A stretch of DNA of 64,000 nucleotides from Thiohalomonadales bacterium (GCA_050295955.1 JBNKQQ010000024.1:13225-77224), one strand, 5' to 3'. Counted from the first letter of the stretch, positions 31,400-41,657 are shown. The notes: generated by a model from the letters alone, not told the origin. Program-made: numbers and translations.

Positions 31400-32647
31400 C
31401 TACTCCCTGTTTGGTAGCTTGATAATAAAGGTAGCTCCCTGGCCCACTGTACTACTTACCTCAATGGCTCCCTGATGAGCAGTGACAATATCACTTGCAA
31501 CAGTTAACCCCAGCCCTACGCCCCCCCCCACTTCCCTCGTGGTAAAAAATGGATCAAATATATGTGCAAGTTGCGCCTCCTCGATTCCTACCCCATTATC
31601 TTCAACCACGATTTCGATGCCTGATGATGTGGTACGGCTCCTAATTTCTACCTTGCCATGAGGCACACACGCCTGCACCCCATTGAGTAGAATATTCATT
31701 AACAACTGCCCCATATCAGCAGGCATACAACGGTATCGGGGGAGTGCGGTTAAATGACATTGGAACGTTACCTCTGGTGGAGCCTGCAAGCTCACCATCT
31801 GGATGGCATTTTCGATGATCTCATTCAGCTCCACCAGCTCCTCCTCCGCACGATCAATTGCCGAAAAGTGGCGCAAGCTTTTTACAATGGCTGCCACCCG
31901 CTCAATACCATTCAATGACTCCTCCATCAAATGAGGAAAATCCTCCAGCACAAAATCCAAATCATGCTCTTGCCAATATTGCACAAACGATGACGGCATT
32001 CCCTGCTTCCGCAACTCCTGTAGCATTGGTTCAATCAAATGAAGATAACCGCATGCCGATGAGAGATTGCTTTTTACAAATCCAATCGGATTATTAATTT
32101 CATGGGCAACACCGGCAGCCAGCTGCCCAATTGACGCCTGTTTTTCTGAACGATAAAGCTGCCGCTGACGCTCCTGTAACTGCTGCAGCTGCGCTTCGAC
32201 ACGCTGCTCCAACTGTTCCGATAGCGCCTTATAGGCCATCTGTGACTGCTGTAATTCACTGTGTTTTTGTTGTAACGCCTGATAATCGTCTTTAATCGCT
32301 TCGAGGTGTAAAGATGATGCCATAAGGTAACGGGCCGTACTGCGTAGCAAGGCTTGTGCGACACCTTGCAGCGCCCTCTGCTGCGCCTCATCCACATGAT
32401 CTTCGATAGCCAGATAACCCACCGGCTCTAACTCAAAAACCAGTGGCAAAAATTGGGGGGAGTCGAGCTTTTCGGCACCGGCAATCCACTTAGCCGAGGC
32501 ATCCAATAACTGCACGGGTGAATCAGCTAAGACATGCAATTGCTCCAGCAGCTGCGCTACATTTACGCCATTCAGCAACTGCACCAAAGTAAATTCATCA
32601 TCATAACCGGATAGCAGCCCTTCTATGTGTTGTTCTCCCTGGCTCAT
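31400..32647 (-). CDS. Cytoplasmic sensor histidine kinase
   Basis: SIGQLAAGVAHEINNP H-box, NILLNG, DNGVGI, FDPFFTT, GVGLGL; no TM segments. Confidence 0.93.
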   Translation of the reverse strand: MSQGEQHIEGLLSGYDDEFTLVQLLNGVNVAQLLEQLHVLADSPVQLLDASAKWIAGAEKLDSPQFLPLVFELEPVGYLAIEDHVDEAQQRALQGVAQALLRSTARYLMASSLHLEAIKDDYQALQQKHSELQQSQMAYKALSEQLEQRVEAQLQQLQERQRQLYRSEKQASIGQLAAGVAHEINNPIGFVKSNLSSACGYLHLIEPMLQELRKQGMPSSFVQYWQEHDLDFVLEDFPHLMEESLNGIERVAAIVKSLRHFSAIDRAEEELVELNEIIENAIQMVSLQAPPEVTFQCHLTALPRYRCMPADMGQLLMNILLNGVQACVPHGKVEIRSRTTSSGIEIVVEDNGVGIEEAQLAHIFDPFFTTREVGGGVGLGLTVASDIVTAHQGAIEVSSTVGQGATFIIKLPNRE

Positions 32648-33294
32648 CCTCCCCCCTTAATCTCCTTAATAAAAGCAGACTGACTTAGGTGATGCTTTCC
32701 CGCCAATTGGTATTCACCATCCAAGCGCAGATAGAGCTGCTCCAACAAAGCAACAAAGGTCTGCACCACCCCCTCTCCCCGGCTGGCACTGCTATAACAG
32801 AGTGGCCAATTTGTTTTTTGCCAACGCGCATTAATCTCCTCTTCGGAAACGATCTGCGGTAAATCCCGTTTATTAAACTGAACGACCAAAGGGAGTCGCT
32901 CAAAATCCAAGCCAACCTTGGCACTATTTTCCGCAAGATTTTCAAAAGAGAGGGCATTATTTAGACTTTGGTTCTGCTGCGAGTCAGCGACAAACACCAC
33001 ACCATCGGCGCGGGAAAGCACCGCTTTGCGGGTACTATCGTGAGCGACCTGACCAGGCACGGTATAGAGCTTGAACTTAATTAGCAGACCAGATGGGGCT
33101 CGAATTCCCAAAGGAAATAGATCAAAAAACAGCGTGCGATCATTTTTGGTCTCAAGGGTCATCATCTCCCCCTTGAGTTGAGGACTAAGTTGATCGTGCA
33201 GACTCATTAAATTTGTCGTCTTGCCACTCAGAGCGGGCCCATAGTAGACCAACTTAAGCGTTAATCGTGACAGCTCCTCATCATACTCAGCCAT
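32644..33294 (-). CDS. mglA: MglA-family small Ras-like GTPase
   Basis: KLVYYGPALSGKTTN, DRTLFFD, LYTVPGQV, ADGVVFVADS, QFNKRD. Confidence 0.9.
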   Translation of the reverse strand: MAEYDEELSRLTLKLVYYGPALSGKTTNLMSLHDQLSPQLKGEMMTLETKNDRTLFFDLFPLGIRAPSGLLIKFKLYTVPGQVAHDSTRKAVLSRADGVVFVADSQQNQSLNNALSFENLAENSAKVGLDFERLPLVVQFNKRDLPQIVSEEEINARWQKTNWPLCYSSASRGEGVVQTFVALLEQLYLRLDGEYQLAGKHHLSQSAFIKEIKGGG

Positions 33295-33300
33295 TGTCCT

Positions 33301-34632
33301 TCACTCCAAACTCTCATCCATGACATAGATCTTAAATTGCTCATCAAAGGAGCGTTCAAATCGACGAATCTTGTCGATCAAATCGATATCAAGCACGTGT
33401 CCACGAGACAATAGCAACACACCATTACGTACAATCAGGTCACGGGAAATAATCATCCCTTCCTGCAGATCACCAGAACGAAGTGAGCGATCCTGATCTA
33501 CCCTCTCGATTGGCCCAATATCACTATATTCCGCAAACTCTTTCAGGAAGGTTTCAACAATTACCGGATCATAACGAACATGAGCATGCCTACGTAGATA
33601 TTCACAGGCCTCTTGTGCACTCATTTTTTGCGTTTTTAGAATCCCCTTCTGCAACCCATCAAACTCATCGACCACAGCTAGAATGCGAGCACCCAAAGGA
33701 ATATCTTTCCCGGATAAACCATCTGGATAGCCACGTCCGTCAAACAACTCATGATGATGACGAATAATTTTTGCTGCACCCTGCATGGGCTCAATCGACA
33801 TAATTGCAGCCTCAGCAATAATCGGATGTTCCGCAACCGTGGCCCGCTCATCCTTAGAGAGAGAATAGAATGGCGCATTGGCTAGCCGATCAGGCAGTGC
33901 CAAATAACCCATGTCATGCAACATACCGGCGAATAAAATATCCTGCAGGTCATTTTTATCCACACCTAATTTAATGGCCAGATGATAGGCCTTATCCGCA
34001 ACTGAGCGGGAGTGTCCTGTCATGGTACCACCACGCACCTCCAGTAGGTTGGCAAACATCTTCACCGTGGCACCATAGCTGTGTTTTAAATTTGAATAAG
34101 CACTTTCTAGTTGAGTATGGGCCTGGCGCAACTCTGCCGTACGCTCCCTGACCTTATCCTCCAACGAGGCATTCAGCACCTTCAGTTGCTCATTCTGTTC
34201 AGCGGTTAATGCCTGTAGGCGATCCCGTTCTTGCAGAAGCTGCTTACGCTCCAGTGCATTACGCACCGAGGTTTTAAGGTCATTCTCCTCCCATGGTTTA
34301 CTAATATATTTGTAGATGCTCCCTTCATTGATCGCCTGTATTGCGGAGCTCAAATCGGCATACCCCGTTAGCAGAATACGTATTACATCAGGCCATTTTT
34401 TCGCCGCTATCGCCAAAAACTGCGCACCATCCATCTCTGGCATTCGCATGTCGGAGATAATCAAATCCACCGCTTCCGATTCAAGAATCTCCAGCCCTTC
34501 AGCAGCACTACTTGCTGTGATGATGCGATAACCCGTTGGCCGAAATAACCGGCGCAGAGAGGACAATATATTGGATTCATCGTCCACAATCAGCAGAGTG
34601 GCATTTGCCTGCTGCATCTCCACTTCCCCCAT
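33301..34632 (-). CDS. Receiver-HD-GYP cyclic-dinucleotide phosphodiesterase
   Basis: Receiver ISDMRMP; GHSRSV, LHDMG, HHELFDGRGYPDG, ARILAVVD. Confidence 0.93.
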   Translation of the reverse strand: MGEVEMQQANATLLIVDDESNILSSLRRLFRPTGYRIITASSAAEGLEILESEAVDLIISDMRMPEMDGAQFLAIAAKKWPDVIRILLTGYADLSSAIQAINEGSIYKYISKPWEENDLKTSVRNALERKQLLQERDRLQALTAEQNEQLKVLNASLEDKVRERTAELRQAHTQLESAYSNLKHSYGATVKMFANLLEVRGGTMTGHSRSVADKAYHLAIKLGVDKNDLQDILFAGMLHDMGYLALPDRLANAPFYSLSKDERATVAEHPIIAEAAIMSIEPMQGAAKIIRHHHELFDGRGYPDGLSGKDIPLGARILAVVDEFDGLQKGILKTQKMSAQEACEYLRRHAHVRYDPVIVETFLKEFAEYSDIGPIERVDQDRSLRSGDLQEGMIISRDLIVRNGVLLLSRGHVLDIDLIDKIRRFERSFDEQFKIYVMDESLE

Positions 34633-34637
34633 CTCCG

Positions 34638-36986
34638 TTAGCCCCCTATGGCAATGTTCTCATCGAGCGAAGCCTTCACTGGTAAACGAATCGTGAAGGT
34701 AGTTCCCCTTCCCAGCTCTGTATCAATCTCTATGCGACCATTATGTTTTTCCACAATACTGAACGACAGTGAGAGCCCGAGCCCTGTCCCCTGACCTACT
34801 GGCTTTGTGGTAAAAAAGGGATCAAAGATACGCTTAATATGCTCTTCCGAAATGCCTTTTCCCGTATCAGAAAATTGCACCCATACCCACTCCCCCCCTT
34901 CCATACCGGTGCTAATCGTAATGACACCTCGCTCCTCAATAGCATGGGCAGCATTGACTAACATATTCATAAACACCTGATTCAACTGTGAAGGGATACA
35001 CTGAATGTCGGGGAGCTGACCGTACTCTTTTTTCACCTCGGCTTTATACTTCAACTCGTTCCAAACAATGTTCAGCGTGCTATCCAGGCCATCATGAAGA
35101 TTGGCCTCCTGCCACTCCGCCTCATCAACATGAGAGAAATCCTTTAGATCTTTTACGATCTGTTTTACCCGAGAGATGCCTTCCAATGATTCACCTAACA
35201 GATCCTGAATATCATCCCGCAAGAAATTCAGATCATGTTTTTTCTCCAGTGTCTGTAGCTCCTGCTGTATCTCATCCGGCAATAGCTCACGCTTCTGTTG
35301 GTAGTTGTCAATTACTTGAAAAAGGTCGCCAATGTAGCCACGCAAAGAGACGATGTTAGAGTTAATATAGCCAACAGGATTATTGATTTCATGGGCAACA
35401 CCAGCCGCTAATTGCCCAATCGATGCCATCTTTTCAGATTGTAGTAGCTGCTGTTGTGCCTCTTGTAACTGTGCCAAACTCTGTTCCAACTCATACTGTA
35501 CTTTGGCACGTTCACACTGCAGCATGTGATTGGAAATAATTTCAGAAAGTGCCGTCACAAAATAGTGTTCATCAACATGCCACTCCCGCACACGATTGCA
35601 CTGTTCTAGCGCGATCACCCCCACTGTCGTTCCCTCTGTCCAAATCGGTATATACATGGCAGAGGTAATTCCCTGAGGGCGGTAATAGCTCACTTTTAAC
35701 TCTTCCAACCCCTGATACTCTTCAGTATCTGCAATGTTCAATACTTGGCTGAACAACTCACTATGCAATCCTTTTGGGTAATCCTGAGGGGTTAATGCAC
35801 TTTTATACTCATTCTCATCCTGCAAAGAAGAGTAACGCGAATAGCTCTCAGGTAATCCTCGGCTATCAAACATCCATATCAGAACCTGGTCCACCTTTAA
35901 CGAGCGACCAATTACCCGAGTCAGCGATTTTAATTCCAGACTGAGGTCGCCACAGCTCTCCAAATCACTCCCCATTAGGTCTGCAAGAATAGAGTGCTGG
36001 TTGATCAAGCTAATCTCTTTATCTTCCAACTCCCGATTTTTCTCCATCAGGCTATTTAACAGACGTTGACGGCTGACAATTTTTTCCAATTCGTTTGCAT
36101 AAAGACTAGCAATCTCCATCTCCAAATCGCCATATTCACTACCAATTGGCTTATTGGCTACATACAGAAAACTAGGAGGACTACCATTGATTTGTATACG
36201 CTGACAGAGCAATCCTCTAATAGGCTCTTCATCACCAGCCCATCGTCCTTCGATATTCAACGCCTCAATATCGGTAATAATGGTTGGCTCAATATCCACA
36301 ATGCCTTGAAAAAGCGTTGTTAATAGCAATTCGTGGAGAGGATCCTCATCACTACTGACCATCTCAAGCAGATTACCCTCTTCATCAAAATGCCCCAGGG
36401 CACTATGGCTGGAATTGGTCAGCTCTTGTAGATCTCGCAAGTAGAGATAAAAAATCTCATGCCATTCATGAAACTCATCATCCAGCATCAAGCGATCCAG
36501 CTCCCTTACTTTGGCGGCGGCCATAATAAAGGTTGTCATGCGATTGATCTCTCGGGAGAGGTTATTGGCCAGCAGGCGCTTATCATCTAATAACTTTCTG
36601 ACCTCCAAATCGGAATGATGTAGAGATAGACTCAATTCAACCGCCACTTCCAACTCGCGTGGCTTAAGGGGCTTTACCAGATAGTGATAGACTCCCAGCT
36701 TCTTCGCCCGCTGAAAAGCCTCTTCGTCGTCAGCGCCAGTCAAAAGAATGACCGGAATACTATACTCATTCAGAATAATCTCAGCCGCATTCAGACCACC
36801 TAACTCACCTTCAAGAACAATATCCACCAATACAAGATCAGGCTGTAATGTTGAAAGTGAATCGATCGCTTGTTCTGCGCAAGGAAAGGTGGCGATGACA
36901 GAGTAGCCGGCCTGTTCAAGGGTAAGAGTGTAAAGGGATAGCAGGTCGCTATCATCATCGACAATAATCAACCGCTCCTTCGTCAT
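34638..36986 (-). CDS. Hybrid histidine kinase (receiver-GAF-GAF-HisKA-HATPase)
   Basis: N-terminal receiver, two GAF-like segments, SEKMASIGQLAAGVAHEINNP; start moved to ATG 36986 behind AAGGAGGAG RBS. Confidence 0.92.
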   Translation of the reverse strand: MTKERLIIVDDDSDLLSLYTLTLEQAGYSVIATFPCAEQAIDSLSTLQPDLVLVDIVLEGELGGLNAAEIILNEYSIPVILLTGADDEEAFQRAKKLGVYHYLVKPLKPRELEVAVELSLSLHHSDLEVRKLLDDKRLLANNLSREINRMTTFIMAAAKVRELDRLMLDDEFHEWHEIFYLYLRDLQELTNSSHSALGHFDEEGNLLEMVSSDEDPLHELLLTTLFQGIVDIEPTIITDIEALNIEGRWAGDEEPIRGLLCQRIQINGSPPSFLYVANKPIGSEYGDLEMEIASLYANELEKIVSRQRLLNSLMEKNRELEDKEISLINQHSILADLMGSDLESCGDLSLELKSLTRVIGRSLKVDQVLIWMFDSRGLPESYSRYSSLQDENEYKSALTPQDYPKGLHSELFSQVLNIADTEEYQGLEELKVSYYRPQGITSAMYIPIWTEGTTVGVIALEQCNRVREWHVDEHYFVTALSEIISNHMLQCERAKVQYELEQSLAQLQEAQQQLLQSEKMASIGQLAAGVAHEINNPVGYINSNIVSLRGYIGDLFQVIDNYQQKRELLPDEIQQELQTLEKKHDLNFLRDDIQDLLGESLEGISRVKQIVKDLKDFSHVDEAEWQEANLHDGLDSTLNIVWNELKYKAEVKKEYGQLPDIQCIPSQLNQVFMNMLVNAAHAIEERGVITISTGMEGGEWVWVQFSDTGKGISEEHIKRIFDPFFTTKPVGQGTGLGLSLSFSIVEKHNGRIEIDTELGRGTTFTIRLPVKASLDENIAIGG

Positions 36987-37201
36987 TTCTCCTCCTTGAG
37001 TCGTCAATTGAACATCTTGCCGCTGTTAACCCGCCGTTGTCTGCACGGGAACCTTTCGATAATGGAATAATGCATGGCTAACCACCCACGCGATTGCAAA
37101 AAATTGCCACCACGCCCCATACGACATTAATAACGACCAGTGCTCAATAATCCTAAGAAAAACTGTTAAAATGGCACCTCATTTAACTCGACAATTTCAT
37201 C

Positions 37202-38125
37202 ATGACCCCAGCACTTCGTATTCAAGGCCTGCGCAAGACCTATAAGAACGGTTTCACCGCACTAAGCGGTATTGACCTGGAGGTACAGCAGGGGGATTTT
37301 TTCGCCTTACTGGGCCCCAATGGTGCAGGCAAATCCACTACCATCGGTATCGTCAGCTCTCTGGTTAACAAAAGTGGCGGCCAAGTGGAAATCTTTGGGC
37401 ACAATCTGGATAGCGAACTAGAGGCAGCCAAATCCTGCATTGGCTTGGTTCCCCAAGAGTTTAACTTCAACGTATGGGAGCCGGTTGCTGAAGTTGTCAT
37501 CAACCAAGCGGGTTATTATGGCATCGACCGCACTACAGCCACCCAACGGGCAGAGAAGTATCTAAAGCAGTTGGGATTATGGGAAAAGCGTAGCTCCATG
37601 TCTCGCAACCTCTCTGGCGGTATGAAGCGCCGTCTAATGATTGCACGGGCATTGGTACATCAGCCTAAGTTATTGATTCTGGATGAGCCTACCGCTGGTG
37701 TAGATATCGAAATCCGCCACTCCATGTGGCAATTCCTTAAACAGATTAATCGCGAAGGGACGACGATCATCCTCACCACCCACTATCTGGAAGAGGCTGA
37801 GAGCCTTTGCCGCAATATTGCCATTATCGATCAAGGTCAAATTGTAGAAAACACCAGCATGAAGCATTTGCTTAACCAACTGAATGCAGAAGCTTTTGTC
37901 CTGGATTTGGCAAACCCCATTGACTATACACCTGAATTAGCCGGTCACGATATTATCATCCTGGATGAAACCACTTTAGAGGTGTGCATCGACAAGCAGA
38001 TCGGCATTAACAAACTGTTTGAAGACCTCAGCCAACACAACATCAAAGTATTAAGCATGCGTAATAAAACCAACCGCCTGGAACAGCTATTCATGGGCCT
38101 GGTTAATCAGAGCAATGGTGAATAA
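37202..38125 (+). CDS. yadG: ABC-2 transporter ATP-binding protein (YadG-like)
   Basis: GPNGAGKST, LSGGMKRR, LILDEPT, TTHYLEEAE, SMRNKTNRLE. Confidence 0.92.
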   Translation: MTPALRIQGLRKTYKNGFTALSGIDLEVQQGDFFALLGPNGAGKSTTIGIVSSLVNKSGGQVEIFGHNLDSELEAAKSCIGLVPQEFNFNVWEPVAEVVINQAGYYGIDRTTATQRAEKYLKQLGLWEKRSSMSRNLSGGMKRRLMIARALVHQPKLLILDEPTAGVDIEIRHSMWQFLKQINREGTTIILTTHYLEEAESLCRNIAIIDQGQIVENTSMKHLLNQLNAEAFVLDLANPIDYTPELAGHDIIILDETTLEVCIDKQIGINKLFEDLSQHNIKVLSMRNKTNRLEQLFMGLVNQSNGE

Positions 38126-38128
38126 GCT

Positions 38129-38902
38129 ATGACCGCTAAAGAGAAATACATCGCATTTCAGACGATTTTAATCAAAGAGATTCTGCGATTCTCTCGAATC
38201 TGGCTACAGACCATTCTGCCGCCAATGATTACCACTGCCCTCTATTTCATCATCTTCGGTAACCTGATTGGCTCACAGATCGGTGATATGGATGGATTCC
38301 GCTATATGGATTATATCGTCCCTGGCCTGATCCTGATGGCCATCATCACCAACTCCTATAGCAATGTGGTCTCATCATTCTATAGCTCTAAATATCAAAA
38401 CCACATTCAAGAGATGATTGTTGCCCCGCTACCCAACTATGTCATCCTACTTGGCTTTGTCGCAGGAGGCGTGGCTCGTGGGCTGGTAGTAGGCCTATCA
38501 GTGACCATTGTCTCGCTCTTTTTCAGTGAGCTAAATATCGCCCACTACGGGATCACTTGCAGTATTGCGGTTCTCACCGCCATCCTCTTCTCCATCGCGG
38601 GTTTAATCAATGGCATCTATGCCAACTCTTTTGATGATATCTCCATCATCCCGACCTTTGTACTCACCCCTCTCACCTATCTGGGCGGGATCTTCTACTC
38701 TATCAGCATGCTTCCAGAATTCTGGCAAGATGTCTCACTAGCGAATCCCATTCTCTATATGGTGAATGGCTTCCGCTACGGCATCCTGGGAAACTCGGAT
38801 ATTGCACCTATCGCCTCTTTCAGCCTGATTAGCATCTTTATTGTCGGACTCTATCTTTATGCCCTCTGGTTACTCAACAAAGGACATGGCATCCGCGCCT
38901 AA
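38129..38902 (+). CDS. yadH: ABC-2 transporter permease (YadH-like)
   Basis: RIWLQTILPP, NSYSNVVSSF, FDDISIIPTFVLTPLTYLGG; about 6 TM. Confidence 0.92.
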   Translation: MTAKEKYIAFQTILIKEILRFSRIWLQTILPPMITTALYFIIFGNLIGSQIGDMDGFRYMDYIVPGLILMAIITNSYSNVVSSFYSSKYQNHIQEMIVAPLPNYVILLGFVAGGVARGLVVGLSVTIVSLFFSELNIAHYGITCSIAVLTAILFSIAGLINGIYANSFDDISIIPTFVLTPLTYLGGIFYSISMLPEFWQDVSLANPILYMVNGFRYGILGNSDIAPIASFSLISIFIVGLYLYALWLLNKGHGIRA

Positions 38903-38926
38903 AGAGTGCACAGAAATGGCCGATCT
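38900..38926 (+). promoter_or_regulatory. Sigma28 (FliA)-type promoter
   Basis: TAAA-N15-GCCGATCT versus consensus TAAA-N15-GCCGATAA, about 30 nt upstream of the tandem-receiver gene. Confidence 0.6.
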
Positions 38927-38955
38927 ATTCCGAGTTAACACTCTACGGATCGGCC

Positions 38956-39753
38956 ATGAAATCACTCAGCATTAGTGACCTTTCACTACTCATCGTTGAA
39001 CCTTCCAGTACCCAAGCCAAAATCATTGGCGACAAACTCCATGAACTGCAACTCAACCGACTCGAATTTGTCAGCAATGGCGAAGAGGCGTTGCAGTCCA
39101 TGTTGCAGAATCTCCCCGACCTAGTCATTAGCAGCATGTATCTCCCCGATACGGATGCGGCTAAGCTGGTACAAACCATGCGAAGTTCAGAAAAGCTGTG
39201 TGACGTTCCCTTCATGTTAATCTCCAGCCAGACCTCCTTCGCTGAACTGGACCCCCTCCGCCAAGCAGGCGTAGTAGCGATTCTCCCCAAGCCCTTCGAC
39301 ATCACTGATCTCAAGCGTGCCCTCAACTCGACACTCGACCATATTTGCGTGGATGAAGATGCTCTGGCAGATATTGATGTGGATAACCTATCCGTTCTAG
39401 TTGTGGATGATAGCTCCACGGCTAGACGCCATATCAGCCGAGTACTCGCTAATCTGGGGATCGAAAACATTACCACGGCTAAAAACGGTATTGAGGGTGC
39501 GCAAAAACTGAATGAAAGCTACTTCGATCTGGTTGTTACCGACTACAACATGCCGGAGATGGACGGTGAGCAGCTCACCCGCTATATCCGCGAACACAGT
39601 TCACAACGCTCAATCCCTGTACTCATGGTAACCAGTGAAGAAAGTGGCAGTCGGCTCTCTGCCGTTCAGCAAGCTGGCGTATCCGGCATCTGTGACAAAC
39701 CCTTCGACCCTCAAGTGGTCAAACAGCTCATCCGAAGTGCGTTGAGCGAATAA
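38956..39753 (+). CDS. Tandem receiver-domain protein (pseudo-receiver plus canonical receiver)
   Basis: Domain 1 VEPS/VISSMY (Asp replaced by Ser)/KPF; domain 2 VDDS/VTDYNMP/VTS/KPF. Confidence 0.9.
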   Translation: MKSLSISDLSLLIVEPSSTQAKIIGDKLHELQLNRLEFVSNGEEALQSMLQNLPDLVISSMYLPDTDAAKLVQTMRSSEKLCDVPFMLISSQTSFAELDPLRQAGVVAILPKPFDITDLKRALNSTLDHICVDEDALADIDVDNLSVLVVDDSSTARRHISRVLANLGIENITTAKNGIEGAQKLNESYFDLVVTDYNMPEMDGEQLTRYIREHSSQRSIPVLMVTSEESGSRLSAVQQAGVSGICDKPFDPQVVKQLIRSALSE

Positions 39754-39761
39754 TTTCAGGC

Positions 39762-39911
39762 AAAAAAAAGAGGCCAGCAGCTAATTGGGGGGAGCCACCG
39801 ACCTCATACTAGAAAGTAGGAGGAGAATCATTGCATTCGCAATAATTCAACTTCGAGTGGCAATGAAAGCGGCTTCATGCCGAGGAGGAAGGGGGAGCCA
39901 CTCGAAGCTGC
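39762..39911 (-). ncRNA. Candidate sigma54-dependent structured sRNA, copy 1
   Basis: Stem CAGCUUCGAGUGGC/GCCACUCGAAGUUG with a C-rich loop, hairpin GAAUUAUUGC/GCAAUGAUUC, linker UCCUCCUACUU, terminator GAGGUCGGUGGCU-CCCCCCAAUU-AGCUGCUGGCCUC-U8. Confidence 0.75.
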
Positions 39912-39920
39912 TATATATAA

Positions 39921-39937
39921 TACAAAGAACGTGCCAA
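39921..39937 (-). promoter_or_regulatory. Sigma54 -24/-12 promoter, copy 1
   Basis: Minus strand TTGGCACG-TTCT-TTGTA (GG-N10-GT). Confidence 0.75.
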
Positions 39938-39954
39938 CTTCAAATAACCTAGCA

Positions 39955-39967
39955 AATCAATAGTTTA
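39955..39967. promoter_or_regulatory. IHF site, copy 1
   Basis: AATCAA-TAGT-TTA is an exact WATCAANNNNTTR match, between the promoter and the upstream palindromes. Confidence 0.65.
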
Positions 39968-39990
39968 CTAAATTAGTCAAAATAAAGCAG

Positions 39991-40026
39991 TGCGGCATAT
40001 CCCGCAATCGTGCTGCATTTCACAAA
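39991..40026. promoter_or_regulatory. Paired upstream activator-like sites, copy 1
   Basis: TGCGGCATATCCCGCA (39991) and TGCTGCATTTCACAAA (40011), 20 bp apart; a related TGCGGCAAATACTACA lies at 40066. Confidence 0.5.
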
Positions 40027-40161
40027 TTATTTTTCAAATACAGCGACTTATACCCCTTCAGATAATGCGGCAAATACTACACATACCACTATGTGCTGAC
40101 AAGCTCAATTCTCATACTAAAAAACTCATCTGAAATAAAAATAATCAGGCTTCACTTAGGC

Positions 40162-40303
40162 AAAAAAAAAGGCCATGCACTATGGGGGTAGTACATGACC
40201 TTATATAAGTAAGTAGGAGAAGAATCATTGCTATGCAATAAATCTTATCGCGCTCACAGTGTGTTGGCATCTGCCGGAGGGGGGTTCACACTGTGTCGCG
40301 ACA
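40162..40303 (-). ncRNA. Candidate sigma54-dependent structured sRNA, copy 2
   Basis: Stem UGUCGCG-CACAGUGUG/CACACUGUG-CGCGAUA with a CCCCCCUCC loop, hairpin UUAUUGC/GCAAUGA, linker UCUCCUACUU, terminator AAGGUCAUGUACUA-CCCCCA-UAGUGCAUGGCCUU followed by a U-run. Confidence 0.75.
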
Positions 40304-40313
40304 ATTAATATAA

Positions 40314-40330
40314 TACAATCACCGTGCCAA
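40314..40330 (-). promoter_or_regulatory. Sigma54 -24/-12 promoter, copy 2
   Basis: Minus strand TTGGCACG-GTGA-TTGTA; same spacing as copy 1. Confidence 0.75.
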
Positions 40331-40347
40331 CTTTTAATTTTCTTTAT

Positions 40348-41424
<1,077 letters not shown>

Positions 41425-41442
41425 TCTTTAAAGCTTTGTATC

Positions 41443-41490
41443 AATAAAAAAGCCACTGTGGATGAAATGTCCACAGCGGCTTTTATTTTT
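41443..41490 (+). terminator. Bidirectional terminator-like hairpin after hemF
   Basis: AATAAAAAAGCCACTGTGGA-N7-TCCACAGCGGCTTTTATTTTT. Confidence 0.75.
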
Positions 41491-41573
41491 TATTGCAACT
41501 ACAAATATTCCCAACATCCCCTACAAAGAGGCAGAGAAAAGCCCAACCACATAAGAGATAATTTTAATCTGAT

Positions 41574-41603
41574 AATAAAAAGGGCTGATTTTTTATCAGC
41601 CCT
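41574..41603 (-). terminator. Terminator directly after the RHS gene
   Basis: Minus strand AGGGCTGAT-AAAAA-ATCAGCCCT-TTTTATT, about 55 nt after the stop codon. Confidence 0.65.
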
Positions 41604-41657
41604 GATTATTGATTTAAACTACTTCGACCCTATAGGATATAGCGTATATAAAGAATC

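Noticed and set aside
37095-37109. Sigma54-like TGGCAATTTTTTGCA upstream of the hybrid kinase
   Set aside because: GG-to-GC spacing is 9 nt, not the required 10
39780-40290. Plus-strand GGA/AGGAGG-rich text suggesting a CsrB/Rsm RNA or RBS-led small peptides (including ORF 40259-40450)
   Set aside because: Promoters and U-tailed terminators both point to the minus strand. The plus-strand frames after the AGGAG motifs are not conserved between copies, and the 63-aa ORF runs across promoter elements
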